From Rhodospirillaceae bacterium (lineage in GTDB: Bacteria > Pseudomonadota > Alphaproteobacteria > CADEGL01), in contig JABIRQ010000113.1 in the NCBI GenBank assembly GCA_018699755.1, positions 1 to 37,039 on the forward strand: a stretch of DNA of 37,039 nt, written 5' to 3'. The notes beneath the pieces are model-generated. The model did not search any database and had not been told where the DNA came from. It worked only from the letters and a program-made list of their open reading frames with translations. Shown here piece by piece: positions 7,888 to 17,733 of the stretch (within the stretch, counting starts at the first letter, position 1; each line of letters opens with the position of its first letter). The position numbers were made by a program, and so were the translations under genes.

Positions 7888-8988
7888 CTATACGTTGAAG
7901 CGGAAGAGGATGACGTCGCCGTCCTGGACCGTGTAGTCGCGGCCCTCCAGGTGCATCTTGCCGGCGGCCTTGGCGCCCTGCTCGCCGCCGCAGGCGACGA
8001 AATCGTCGTAGGCGATGGTTTCGGCGGCGATGAAGCCGCGTTCGAAATCCGTGTGGATCGCGCCGGCCGCGCCCGGCGCCTTGGTGCCGCGCGCCACGGT
8101 CCAGGCGCGGCTCTCCTTGGGCCCCGAGGTGAAATAGGTGATGAGGTCGAGCAAGCCGTAGCCGGTTCGGATGAAGCGGTGCAGGCCCGGTTCCTCCAAC
8201 CCCATGGAGGTCAGGTATTCCGTCCGCTCCGCCGGATCGGAGAGCAAGGACAACTCGGCCTCGATGGCTGCGGAGATGACGACGTATTCCGCGCCCTCGG
8301 CGGCGGCGCGAGCGGCCACCGCCTCGGTGTGGCGGTTGCCCGCCGCGGCGTCTTCTTCCGAAACATTGGCGACGTAGAGCACGGGCTTGGCGGTCAGCAA
8401 CTGCAGGGCGCGAAACTCGCGCCGGTCGGCCGGGTCGACTTTCGCCGTCCGCGCCGGCCGCCCCTCGTGCAGCGCCTCCTGGGCCAGCCGCATCAGCGCA
8501 AGGCTCCGCGCCGCTTCCTTGTCGCCGGACTTGGTGCGTTTTTCCGCCTGATCCGCGCGCCGCTCCAGGCTTTCCAGATCGGCCAGCATCAGTTCCGTTT
8601 CCACGGTTTCCGCGTCGCGCAGCGGATCGACGTCGCCCTCGACATGGGTGACGTTGTCGTCCTCGAAGCAGCGCAGGACATGGGCCACCGCCTCGACCGC
8701 GCGGATATGGCCCAGGAACTGGTTGCCGAGTCCCTCGCCCTGGCTCGCTCCGCGCACCAGGCCGGCGATGTCCGTGAACTCGATCTGGGTCGGCACGACG
8801 GCCTTGGACTTGGACAGTTCGGCGATGCGGGCCAGGCGCGGGTCGGGCACCGGCACCCGGCCGACATTCGGCTCGATCGTGCAGAAGGGATAGTTCGCGG
8901 CCTCGGCCGTGGCATTGGCCGTCAGCGCGTTGAACAGGGTCGACTTGCCGACATTGGGCAGGCCGACGATGCCGCAGTTAAAGCCCAT
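7888..8988 (-). CDS. ychF: Redox-regulated ribosome-binding ATPase YchF
   Basis: [23 protein letters not shown]...; the C-terminal end ...[11 protein letters not shown] is characteristic. Confidence 0.95.
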   Translation of the reverse strand: MGFNCGIVGLPNVGKSTLFNALTANATAEAANYPFCTIEPNVGRVPVPDPRLARIAELSKSKAVVPTQIEFTDIAGLVRGASQGEGLGNQFLGHIRAVEAVAHVLRCFEDDNVTHVEGDVDPLRDAETVETELMLADLESLERRADQAEKRTKSGDKEAARSLALMRLAQEALHEGRPARTAKVDPADRREFRALQLLTAKPVLYVANVSEEDAAAGNRHTEAVAARAAAEGAEYVVISAAIEAELSLLSDPAERTEYLTSMGLEEPGLHRFIRTGYGLLDLITYFTSGPKESRAWTVARGTKAPGAAGAIHTDFERGFIAAETIAYDDFVACGGEQGAKAAGKMHLEGRDYTVQDGDVILFRFNV

Positions 8989-9661
8989 CTTCGTTTCCCG
9001 TGCCTTCGTCCGTTTCGTTCGGCTTCTTCTCGTCCGGCGATGCCTGGGCGGCGGGCCGGGGCGGTTTGGGCGGTTTCGCCTCCACCGATTTCGGGGGGGC
9101 GGTCAGCATGGCGATGCGGCTCATGAAATCGGAGTCCCGGCGCTGGACCAGCAGGGCGATGCTGTCGGCCACCGCGTCCAGGAGGGTTTCGAGCCAGGGG
9201 CCGTCGGCCTTGGCGAAATCGCCCAGCACATGGCCGTACACCCGGTCCTTCTCGCCCGGATGGCCGATCCCCAGGCGCACGCGCCAGAAGTCCGGCCCGA
9301 TATGGCTGATGATGCTGCGGATGCCGTTATGACCGGCCGCGCCGCCGCCCAGCTTCACCTTGACCTTGCCCGGGCGGAGATCGATCTCATCGTAGAGCAC
9401 ATAGGCGTCGCCCGGCGCCATCTTGAAAAAGCGCAGGGCCTCGCCGACGGCCTGGCCGGACTCGTTCATGAAGGTCTGGGGTTTGAGCGCGAGGATCTTC
9501 TCGCCGTCGATCTTGCCCTCAGCGGCCAGGCCACCATGGCGCGCGCGCCAGGGGCCGAGGTCGTGGCGCCGATGAATCGCGTCCAGGACCATGAAGCCGA
9601 TGTTGTGGCGGTTGCGTTCGTAGCGCGGGCCCGGATTGCCCAGCCCGGCGAGCAGAAACAT
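8978..9661 (-). CDS. pth: Peptidyl-tRNA hydrolase, with a ~35-aa Pro/Lys-rich C-terminal extension
   Basis: [27 protein letters not shown]...GHNGIRSI. It overlaps the ychF start by 11 nt. Confidence 0.93.
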   Translation of the reverse strand: MFLLAGLGNPGPRYERNRHNIGFMVLDAIHRRHDLGPWRARHGGLAAEGKIDGEKILALKPQTFMNESGQAVGEALRFFKMAPGDAYVLYDEIDLRPGKVKVKLGGGAAGHNGIRSIISHIGPDFWRVRLGIGHPGEKDRVYGHVLGDFAKADGPWLETLLDAVADSIALLVQRRDSDFMSRIAMLTAPPKSVEAKPPKPPRPAAQASPDEKKPNETDEGTGNEDGL

Positions 9662-9688
9662 GAGCGCGTTCCGGCGCCTGGAGGAGGA

Positions 9689-10378
9689 CTAGTCCTCCTT
9701 GCCGCCGTCCTTCTCGCCTTCGCCCTCTTCGCCTTCGCTCTCCTCGCCCTCTTCGCCTTCGCCCTCTTCGCCCTCTTCGCCTTCGGCGTCCTCGGGCTCT
9801 TCGGGTTCGACTTCGATGGTCGGGGCAACGAGGGTCGCAACCGTGAAGTCGCGGTCCTCGGCGGGGCGCACGCCGTCGGGAAGGGGCACGGCGCTGATAT
9901 GGATCGAATCGCCGACCTCGGTGCCGGTCAGGTCGACCACCAGATTCTCGGGGATGCTGCCGGCGCGGCAAATGACCTCGACTTCGAAGCGCACGACGTT
10001 CAGCACGCCGCCGCCCACCAGCCCCGGGCTCTGTTCTTCGTTGATGAATTCGACCGCCACGTCGACGTTGATCTGGGTGTTCTCGGTCACCCGTAGGAAA
10101 TCGACATGCAGGGGCGCGTCCGTGACCGGATGATGCTGCACGTCGCGGGGCAGGACCCGCGTCTTCGCCCCCTCGATCTCGACATCCAGCAGGGTGCCGA
10201 AGAAGGACGGCTTGCGCAGTTCGCGGTCCAGCAGGTTCGCCTCGATGGCGATCGATTCGGCGTCGCCGTCGCCGCCGTAGATGATCGCGGGCACACGGCC
10301 CTCGCGTCGCGTGGCGCGTGCGGCGCCGGTGCCCGATCCGCTGCGCTTGGTTGCAGCAAGTCCGTGTGTCTCAGCCAT
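9689..10378 (-). CDS. rplY: 50S ribosomal protein L25 / general stress protein Ctc, with an acidic Glu/Gly-rich tail
   Basis: RREGRVPAIIYGG...LHVDFLRV; position between pth and prs; the tail is EEPEDAEGEEGEEGEGEEGEESEGEEGEGEKDGGKED. Confidence 0.9.
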   Translation of the reverse strand: MAETHGLAATKRSGSGTGAARATRREGRVPAIIYGGDGDAESIAIEANLLDRELRKPSFFGTLLDVEIEGAKTRVLPRDVQHHPVTDAPLHVDFLRVTENTQINVDVAVEFINEEQSPGLVGGGVLNVVRFEVEVICRAGSIPENLVVDLTGTEVGDSIHISAVPLPDGVRPAEDRDFTVATLVAPTIEVEPEEPEDAEGEEGEEGEGEEGEESEGEEGEGEKDGGKED

Positions 10379-10426
10379 CGTCTTCTCTCCTGTCCGCGGG
10401 CCGCTCCGGGCGGCCGTGCGGAATTC

Positions 10427-11359
10427 CTAATCGAACAGGCTGGATACCGAGGATTCCTCGCTTATCCGCCTGATAGCTTCGCCCAGCAGCGGTGCCACGG
10501 TGAGCTGCCGGATACGGCTCGAAACGCGGACCGCCTCCGTCGCCGTGATCGAATCGGTGATCACCATCTGCTCGATCGGCGAAGCGGCGATCCGGCCCAC
10601 CGCACCGCCGCTCAACACGCCGTGCGAGACGTAGGCATGGACCGAAACGGCCCCGCGATCCATCAGCGCGACGGCGGCGTTGCACAGGGTGCCTGCCGAA
10701 TCGACGATGTCATCCACCAGGATGCAGCGCCGGTTCTCGATGTCGCCGATGATGTTCATAACCTCGGATTCACCGGCGCGTTCGCGGCGCTTATCTATGA
10801 TTGCGAGGTCCGCGTCAAGGCGGCGCGCGATGATGCGCGCGCGCACCACGCCGCCCACGTCGGGCGACACGATGACCAGGTCGTCGCCGTTGAACTGCTC
10901 CTTGATGTCTTCGACGAAGACCGGGGCGGCGAAGAGGTTGTCGGTCGGGATGTCGAAGAAGCCCTGGATCTGGCCCGCATGCAAATCCATGGTCAGAACC
11001 CGGTTGGCCCCGGCCGTGGTGACGATATCGGCGACCAGCTTGGCCGATATCGGCGTTCGCGGCCCGGTCTTGCGGTCCTGCCGGGCATAGCCGTAATAAG
11101 GGATGACGGCCGTGATGCGCCGGGCCGAGGCACGCTTGAGCGCGTCGAGGCAGACCAGCAGCTCCATCAAATGGTCGTTGGCGGGATAACTCGTCGACTG
11201 GATGATGAAGACGTCCTCGCCTCGGATATTATCGAGCAGTTCGACGAATATCTCCATGTCGGAGAAGCGCCGAATGCTGACTCCGGTGAGGGAGACGTCG
11301 AGATAAGCGGAAATCGCCTCGGCCAACGGCCGATTGCTGTTGCCGGCGATGATTTTCAT
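10427..11359 (-). CDS. prs: Ribose-phosphate pyrophosphokinase
   Basis: [17 protein letters not shown]...[10 protein letters not shown]...[11 protein letters not shown]. Confidence 0.95.
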   Translation of the reverse strand: MKIIAGNSNRPLAEAISAYLDVSLTGVSIRRFSDMEIFVELLDNIRGEDVFIIQSTSYPANDHLMELLVCLDALKRASARRITAVIPYYGYARQDRKTGPRTPISAKLVADIVTTAGANRVLTMDLHAGQIQGFFDIPTDNLFAAPVFVEDIKEQFNGDDLVIVSPDVGGVVRARIIARRLDADLAIIDKRRERAGESEVMNIIGDIENRRCILVDDIVDSAGTLCNAAVALMDRGAVSVHAYVSHGVLSGGAVGRIAASPIEQMVITDSITATEAVRVSSRIRQLTVAPLLGEAIRRISEESSVSSLFD

Positions 11360-11506
11360 GCGCGCCGCGATCCGTTCGATTCGTGAGCTGATTCGCTGGA
11401 AATTACGCTACGGACCTCCCCCGGCCCGACAGGCGCGGCAATCTAACAACCCTCGGCGGGGCTGTAAACGACCGAACGCCAGGCGGATGCCCGCCGCGCG
11501 ATTCGG

Positions 11507-11989
11507 TCAATAGAGGGCGAGGATGAGCAGGGCCGATGCGGTGAGACAGCCGACCACCCGGCCATGGTTCCAGGCCGTCCAGATCGAGAGGTATCGGCGC
11601 CACAACGCGGCGTCCTCGGCCCTCTCGGCGCTGCTCGCGGCGGCCAGCGCCCGGTTCAGCGGCACGTTGAAGGCCATCGTCACCAGGATGCCGCCGACCA
11701 GATACAGCGCGCCGCCGGCTGCGAGCCAGGGCGCATGGGGCGCGCTCCAATCCGCCAGCGAAAGGGCGAGGAGCACGGCGCAGAGGGCGCCCGTCCCGAA
11801 GAAGACGGCAAAGAACAGCGGGTTGAGAATGGCGAGGTTGATCGACTGCATCGCGGCCATGCCCCGATGCGCGGGCAAACGGTCGAGTGCGGGCATCACG
11901 CAGACGGAAAACGCGAAGAAAAGGCCGCCGATCAGGGCACTGCCGAGCGCCGCCGGCAAAGCGAGGACGAACAGGAGCGTGGCAGTCAT
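11507..11989 (-). CDS. DUF1772 (anthrone oxygenase-like) family membrane protein
   Basis: Four predicted TM segments. FFAFSVCVMPALDRLP...AMQSINLAILNPLFF matches my recollection of DUF1772 proteins. Confidence 0.7.
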   Translation of the reverse strand: MTATLLFVLALPAALGSALIGGLFFAFSVCVMPALDRLPAHRGMAAMQSINLAILNPLFFAVFFGTGALCAVLLALSLADWSAPHAPWLAAGGALYLVGGILVTMAFNVPLNRALAAASSAERAEDAALWRRYLSIWTAWNHGRVVGCLTASALLILALY

Positions 11990-12082
11990 CGCACTCCGTT
12001 TCGGATGCGGGCGGTTTCCGCATCCCGCCTGCCGCGGGGCTGCCGCCTTAGACGGCCCAGGGGCCGAGGGACGCGCCCGACG

Positions 12083-12247
12083 CTAGGCTTGGTCTTCGGA
12101 GTCGGCCGCGGGCGGTGCGTCCGGGTTGCTTTCTTCCTTACGCATCTCGGCCTCGATCCGCTTGGCCTCAGCCTTGGCGGCCTTCTTTTCCTTCTTGCGG
12201 AGCTCGCGCTGGTGCTTCTCGAAGCTGTAATTGGGTTTACGGGCCAT
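12083..12247 (-). CDS. Small basic Lys/Glu-rich protein, 54 aa (not in the ORF track)
   Basis: Minus strand has GGAAGGAACC then ATG, encoding MARKPNYSFEKHQRELRKKEKKAAKAEAKRIEAEMRKEESNPDAPPAADSEDQA followed by TAG. The SD is good and third positions are GC-rich. It lies directly downstream of the DEAD-box helicase on the same strand. Confidence 0.6.
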   Translation of the reverse strand: MARKPNYSFEKHQRELRKKEKKAAKAEAKRIEAEMRKEESNPDAPPAADSEDQA

Positions 12248-12308
12248 GGTTCCTTCCTGGTCGGATCGGTGGTGGGAATTCTAGGGTCGCGCGCCGCAGG
12301 CGCAAGGC

Positions 12309-13544
12309 TCAGGCGGCGCGGTTCGCATGATCGCCGCGGCGGCGCGGACGGTTGTTCCGCCGGCGCGGCCCTGCGGGCTTGCCGCCGCGTGGGCTCTCCG
12401 GCGCGGCGACCCGGGGCGGCATCGTGCCGCCTTCCACCGCGATCGGCTTGCGGATCAGCGCGTTGATGGCACGCAGATAGTCGCGTTCGCTGGAATCGCA
12501 GAACGATATCGCCGCGCCGCCGGCACCCGCCCGGGCGGTCCGCCCGATCCGGTGGACATAGACCTCGGCCTCGTTCGGCAAGTCGAAGTTGACGACGTGG
12601 CTCACCCCGGTGACGTCGATGCCGCGGGCGGCGATATCGGTCGCCACCAGCACACGGACGCGGCCCTGGCGAAAGCTTTCCAACGCGCGCTGGCGCGCGT
12701 TCTGGGCCTTGTCGCCGTGGATGGCCTCGCAAGCGATTCCGGCCTTGGCGAGCTGCTTCGCGACCCGGTCGGCGCGCCGCTTCGTGCGGGTGAAGGCGAT
12801 GACGCGCGAGAAGCTCTCATCGGCCATCAGATCGCATAGCAAGCCGAATTTCCCCGGCCCTTCGACGAAATGCACGGTCTGGCGAATCGCAGCGACCGTG
12901 ACGGCCTTGGGCGCGATGTCGATGCGTGTCGGCTCGTGCAGGATCTCGCGGGCGAGACGCGTCACCTCCGGCGGCATGGTCGCCGAGAACAGGAGCGATT
13001 GCCTGTCGCGGGGCAGGGCCCTGATGATCTTCCGCACGTCCGGGATGAAACCCATGTCGAGCATGCGGTCCGCTTCATCGAGCACTAGATGCTCGACGAA
13101 GCCGAGATCGAGATGGCCCTGGGCCACGAGATCGAGTAGCCGGCCCGGGGTGGCGACGACGATGTCGACGCCGCGCCGCAGGCGGTCGGTCTGGCGGCGT
13201 TGCGGGACGCCGCCGAAAATCACCGAGACCCGCAGGCCGGAATTCTTGCCGTAGGCGGCGAAGCTGTCGGCGATCTGGGCCGCCAATTCGCGCGTCGGCG
13301 CGAGGATAAGGGCGCGCGCCTCGCGCCGGCGCTGCCCCAAGCTCAACTGCTGCACGATGGGCAGGGCGAAGGCCGCGGTCTTGCCGGTGCCCGTCTGGGC
13401 AATGCCGATCACGTCCTCGCCGTCGAGCAGCAAGGGGATGGCGCGGACCTGAATGGGGGTGGGGGTGTCGTAACCCCTGGCGGCGAGCACGCGGCGAATG
13501 GGCTCGTCCACGCCAAGGTCGGTAAAGGTCGATAGGTTGGTCAA
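12309..13544 (-). CDS. rhlE: DEAD-box ATP-dependent RNA helicase (RhlE-like) with a basic C-terminal tail
   Basis: Q-motif F..LG...GYDTPTPIQ, AQTGTGKTAAF, DEADRMLDMGF, SAT and HRIGRTARAG are present. The start is TTG (complement of 13542-13544). Confidence 0.92.
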   Translation of the reverse strand: MTNLSTFTDLGVDEPIRRVLAARGYDTPTPIQVRAIPLLLDGEDVIGIAQTGTGKTAAFALPIVQQLSLGQRRREARALILAPTRELAAQIADSFAAYGKNSGLRVSVIFGGVPQRRQTDRLRRGVDIVVATPGRLLDLVAQGHLDLGFVEHLVLDEADRMLDMGFIPDVRKIIRALPRDRQSLLFSATMPPEVTRLAREILHEPTRIDIAPKAVTVAAIRQTVHFVEGPGKFGLLCDLMADESFSRVIAFTRTKRRADRVAKQLAKAGIACEAIHGDKAQNARQRALESFRQGRVRVLVATDIAARGIDVTGVSHVVNFDLPNEAEVYVHRIGRTARAGAGGAAISFCDSSERDYLRAINALIRKPIAVEGGTMPPRVAAPESPRGGKPAGPRRRNNRPRRRGDHANRAA

Positions 13545-13793
13545 GAGAGTGGATCTTTCTGTTGTCTCTATACGGGCGCGCTTATGGCCCCGCTGGGTCG
13601 CCGGCCAACAAGAATGCGGGCCGGCGGGCCCATAGGTTACGGGCGCCCGTCGGATGTTTCGCGTCCACGCGCGTCTGGAGGCGTTGAGGAGTAAAGGAAT
13701 AAATCCCGCGATGGGACCGTTCGAACGGAACGGAATTTGCGCGATCGCGGGCTCTTCGAGCGTATCCCGAAGAAAAGGAAACGGCCTGCGGCG

Positions 13794-14003
13794 CTATTCC
13801 GCCTGCAGGTTCACGGCCTTGGGGCCACGCGTGTCCGGCTGGATCTCGAAGGTCAGCTTCTGGCCTTCCTGAAGGTCGGACATGCCGGCGGCCTCGACGG
13901 CGGAGATATGGACGAACACGTCCTTGGATCCGTCATCGGGGGCGATGAAGCCGTAGCCCCGGGCATTGTTGAAGAATTTTACGGTACCTGTGGTCATCGT
14001 CAT
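13794..14003 (-). CDS. cspA: Cold-shock protein, CspA family
   Basis: GTVKFFNNARGYGFIAPDDGSKDVFVHISAV contains the RNP1/RNP2 motifs. The start is ATG 14003 or ATG 13997. Confidence 0.93.
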   Translation of the reverse strand: MTMTTGTVKFFNNARGYGFIAPDDGSKDVFVHISAVEAAGMSDLQEGQKLTFEIQPDTRGPKAVNLQAE

Positions 14004-14433
14004 GCTTTCACTTGAAGGTTGTCCGGGCGGAATTGGTTCCGTCCGGGGCGCGTGTCCATACAGATTTTTGAGGGAGCAATGGCCCGCCGCATGGCGGCGG
14101 ATTGGTCACAGAAAAGACTGTCGAACCGTCACGGACCTCATATGCCCACAATGGCGCGGATTTGCAAGCAATTTTCGAATGGCCAAAAATTCGCGCCGGT
14201 CGATGGTAAATGAAGTCCAATAGAAACGCTTTTCTCGATTTCAAAATCCTTGCGCTCATGAAACGAATACTTACCGGGTGCCGGCGGCGCCCGCGGCGTG
14301 GCGCGGGCGCCCCGGCCGGCCTGCCAATTTTGTCGTCTCGGGCACGTGGATTCCGTGGCGTATGCGCTATGATGCGAAACCGGGTGCGGTGGCAATTGCC
14401 GCCGCGGCTTTCGTGAATGAGGGAGAGGCGAAG

Positions 14434-16722
14434 ATGGATGCAAGCGGTGGTGCGGAGCTGAAATCGGTCGGCAAGCGGCCGATCCGTCCCGACGGCTGGG
14501 ACAAGGTCACGGGTCGTGCGGAGTTCGGCGCCGATCTCTCTGCCCCCGGCATGCTGGTCGGCAGGATTCTGCGTAGCCCCCATGCCCATGCCCGCATCAA
14601 ATCCATCGACACTTCGAAGGCGGAAGCGTTGCCGGGCGTGAAATCGGTGGTCACGGCCGCCGACATGCCGGTGGTGAGTTGGGAGCCCGACGTCATGGGA
14701 TACGTCCCCGCCAACTACGGGCACATCTCCGAGAACACCATAGCGCGTGACAAGGTGCTCTACGACGGGCACGCCATCGCCGCCGTCGCCGCGACCAGCG
14801 CGCGGATCGCCGAGAAGGCGCTCGGCCTGATCAAGGTCGAATACGAAATCCTGCCTCATGTCCTCGACGTGTCCGAAGCGATGCGGCCCGATGCGCCGAT
14901 CCTGCACGAGCGGCTGCGCACCGAGGGCTTGGGCAAGAAGACGCGCAAGGCTTCGAACACCGCTCTGCGGGTCGAGTATTCGATCGGCGATGTCGATGCC
15001 GGCTTCGCCAAGGCCGATGTGATCGTCGAGCGGACTTTCCGCACCAAGCCCGTCCACCAGGGCTATATCGAGCCCCAGGCGGTCCTCGCCAGTGCGTCCC
15101 ACGACGGCCATGTGGACATCTGGTGTTCGACCCAGTCCCAATTCGTCGTGCGCACGGTCTGTTCCAAGATCCTGGGCATGAAGACCTCGCAGATCCGGGT
15201 CTATCCGACCGAGATCGGCGGGGGGTTCGGCGGCAAGATCATTCCGTTGATCGAGCCGGTCGCGGCCCTGCTGTCGCGCAAGTCCGGGCGGCCGGTGAAG
15301 ATGGTCGCCAGCCGCGAGGAAGTGTTCCGCGCGATGGGCAACGCCCCGGGCAGCCACAGCAAGGTCAGGATGGGGGCGATGCGCGACGGCAGGATCGTCG
15401 CGGCCGATATCGAGGTGAAGCTCCAGGCCGGCGCCTATCCCGGCGCGCCGATCCAGTCGGGCGCGGGCCGCGCCTTCGGCTTCTACTACATCGAGAACGC
15501 GCGCGCGGTCGGCTACGACGTCGTGGTCAACCAACCGAAAACCAGCGCCTATCGGGCGCCGGGCGCGCCTTGCGCCCTGTTCGCGGTGGAGAGCGTCGTC
15601 GACGATCTCGCCAAGAAACTGGAGATGGACCCGCTCGAGCTGCGCATCATCAACGAGGCGCGCGAGGGCACGAGCACGGTCATGGGGCCGCCCTTCAACG
15701 TCATCGGTTGCGACGAGGTGCTGCGCACGGCCAAGGCCCATCCGCACTATTCCGCACCGCTCAAGAAGGGGCAGGGGCGCGGCGTGGCTTGCGGCTTCTG
15801 GTTCAACAGCGGCGGCGAGTCGAGCGCGACCCTGACGATCAATGAGGACGGCACGGCGGCCCTGGTCTCGGGCAGCCCGGACCTGAGCGGTACGCGCATT
15901 TCCCTGGCCCAGATGGCGGCCGAGGAATTGGGCATCGACGTCTCGCTGATCACGCCCACGGTCGGCGATACCGGTTCCGTCGGCTACACCTTCCTGACCG
16001 GCGGCAGCCGCGTCACCTTCGCCACCGGCATCGCAGTGGTCGAGGCCTCGCGCGATGTCGTCCGCCAAGCCTGCGAGCGGGCCGCCAAGCAGTGGGATAT
16101 TCCGGCCGAGGCGGTGAAATGGGAAGACGGCCACGCCCTGCCGGTCAGCCCGAACGCGGGCGATTTCCCGCCGATGAGCCTGGCCGAGATCGCCGCGAGC
16201 ACGACCAAGACCGGCGGCCCGATCGCGGTCAGCAAATCGGTCGATGCGCCGCATCTCGTCGGGCCCGGCTTCGGCACCCATATCTGTGACGTCGATGTCG
16301 ATCGCGACACCGGCCGGGTGACGGTCCTGCGCTACACGGTGGTCCAGGATGTCGGACGGGCGATCCATCCGTCCTATGTCGAGGGCCAGCTCCAGGGCGG
16401 CGCTTCGCAAGGTATCGGCTGGGCGCTGAACGAGGAGATGTTCCACGGCGCGGACGGACGGCTGCAGAATGCGGGCTTCCTGGATTACCGTATTCCGCTG
16501 ACCTCCGATCTGCCGATGATCGACACGGCCCTGGTGGAAGTGCCGAACATTCATCACCCCTACGGCGTGCGCGGCGTCGGCGAAACGGCGATCTGTCCGC
16601 CGGCCGCGGCGGTGGCCTTGGCCGTCAGCAACGCCATCGGCATCCGCATGACCGAGCTGCCGCTCTCCCCGACCCGCATCCTCGCGGCCCTCAAGGCGAA
16701 GGACGCGAACGGCGCGGGCTGA
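14434..16722 (+). CDS. Xanthine dehydrogenase / aldehyde oxidase / CO dehydrogenase family molybdopterin-binding large subunit
   Basis: KRPIRPDGWDKVTGRAEFGADL...LRSPHAHARIKSID...EIGGGFGGK...YRAPG...VQDVGRAIHP. ATG 14434 follows GAGGGAGAGG, so the track's 14278 start is judged a 5' extension. Confidence 0.9.
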   Translation: MDASGGAELKSVGKRPIRPDGWDKVTGRAEFGADLSAPGMLVGRILRSPHAHARIKSIDTSKAEALPGVKSVVTAADMPVVSWEPDVMGYVPANYGHISENTIARDKVLYDGHAIAAVAATSARIAEKALGLIKVEYEILPHVLDVSEAMRPDAPILHERLRTEGLGKKTRKASNTALRVEYSIGDVDAGFAKADVIVERTFRTKPVHQGYIEPQAVLASASHDGHVDIWCSTQSQFVVRTVCSKILGMKTSQIRVYPTEIGGGFGGKIIPLIEPVAALLSRKSGRPVKMVASREEVFRAMGNAPGSHSKVRMGAMRDGRIVAADIEVKLQAGAYPGAPIQSGAGRAFGFYYIENARAVGYDVVVNQPKTSAYRAPGAPCALFAVESVVDDLAKKLEMDPLELRIINEAREGTSTVMGPPFNVIGCDEVLRTAKAHPHYSAPLKKGQGRGVACGFWFNSGGESSATLTINEDGTAALVSGSPDLSGTRISLAQMAAEELGIDVSLITPTVGDTGSVGYTFLTGGSRVTFATGIAVVEASRDVVRQACERAAKQWDIPAEAVKWEDGHALPVSPNAGDFPPMSLAEIAASTTKTGGPIAVSKSVDAPHLVGPGFGTHICDVDVDRDTGRVTVLRYTVVQDVGRAIHPSYVEGQLQGGASQGIGWALNEEMFHGADGRLQNAGFLDYRIPLTSDLPMIDTALVEVPNIHHPYGVRGVGETAICPPAAAVALAVSNAIGIRMTELPLSPTRILAALKAKDANGAG

Positions 16723-16773
16723 GGACGGGAAGAACCGCCGCTTCCCTTCTCCTGACGGGGAGGGGAGGCGGCC

Positions 16774-17676
16774 CTAGAACTTCGGGTTCGGCTCGCTGAG
16801 GCGCTCCAGGATGGCGGTGATGCCTTCGGCGGCGCCGCCCGCGGCGGCATAGGCCGTTTCGCCCCAATGGCCGTCGAGCGCGCCCTCGGGCACCACGTTC
16901 TCCAGATTGACCACGCCGACCTCCTCGCCGCCGGGGGTCATCACGCTCCAGCTCATCGCCACTTTCTGGGCTCCCGAGCGGGGCGTGCCGGCCTCGACGG
17001 TGCCCATGATGACGGCCGTCGCCTCGGTCAGGTCGTTGGTCACCTCGTAGCCGGCTTGTTCGAGGAAATAGCGGATGGCCCGGGGAAGCTGCTGGTCGCC
17101 GTCGCCGGGCGCACCTTTCACCGGCATGATCGCCACGACAGCGCGCGCGCGCGATCCCGTTCCGACGCCGGGCAGTTCCTCCTGGATGAAAGACGCGACC
17201 TGGGGCGCCGCGCCGCCCGTGATCTGTTCGACGGTGGTGTCCTGGCCCTGCTCCCAGGCCTGTTGCGCGACCGTCTCATGCTGCAGGTGGCTGCCGACCA
17301 GGCCGCCTTCATGGTCGCGCAACTCCCACAGCACCAGAAGTTTGCTTTGGCTTTCGTCGATCGGCGACGCGGCGATCCGCGCCGTTAGGAAATAACTGGC
17401 GGCGTTCCGGATGGTGGTGCTCGCGGGCACGTTGGCCTCGGCCAGGGCTTCCGCCATCGCCTCGGCCAGCTTGTCCGCTGTCTCCGCGTCCACGCCCTCG
17501 ATCTTGCTGACCAGGATGCCCTGGCTGTCGGGCATGGCGAGCAGGGCCTGCTCTTCCTCCCCGACCCGGCCGCCATGGGCGAAGGGCTGGGGCGGCGGCG
17601 GGCAGGCCGCGAGCGCGGGCAGCAGGGCGAGGAACAGGCCGCTGCGCAACGCTCGGCGCAGGTGGCTAGAGAACAC
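16774..17676 (-). CDS. Hypothetical lipoprotein, 300 aa
   Basis: Signal peptide with lipobox LLPALAAC. GC3-rich frame. No family recognised. Confidence 0.7.
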   Translation of the reverse strand: MFSSHLRRALRSGLFLALLPALAACPPPPQPFAHGGRVGEEEQALLAMPDSQGILVSKIEGVDAETADKLAEAMAEALAEANVPASTTIRNAASYFLTARIAASPIDESQSKLLVLWELRDHEGGLVGSHLQHETVAQQAWEQGQDTTVEQITGGAAPQVASFIQEELPGVGTGSRARAVVAIMPVKGAPGDGDQQLPRAIRYFLEQAGYEVTNDLTEATAVIMGTVEAGTPRSGAQKVAMSWSVMTPGGEEVGVVNLENVVPEGALDGHWGETAYAAAGGAAEGITAILERLSEPNPKF

Positions 17677-17733
17677 AGCTCACCACCAGGCCCAGCAGGC
17701 AAACCAGCAGGAAGACGATCAGGTGCGGCACGG

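Noticed and set aside
14278-14433. Upstream 52-codon extension of the XDH-family ORF
   Set aside because: The extension is Arg/Pro/Ala/Trp-rich with no family similarity. A strong SD (GAGGGAGAGG) precedes ATG 14434, where family-typical sequence begins.
14008-16557. 849-aa minus-strand ORF, plus similar long ORFs at 3773-5086(-), 7951-9126(+), 8909-10096(+), 10106-11386(+), 17917-20196(+), 21065-23323(+), 24106-25956(+), 28724-30109(+) and 33859-35571(+)
   Set aside because: Each lies opposite a gene with clear family motifs (XDH-family, M20, ychF, pth, prs, pgeF/M24, lgt/hldD, proC, envZ-like, moeA). Their products are low-complexity and R/G/A/D/P-rich. They are stop-codon-poor antisense frames of GC-rich genes.
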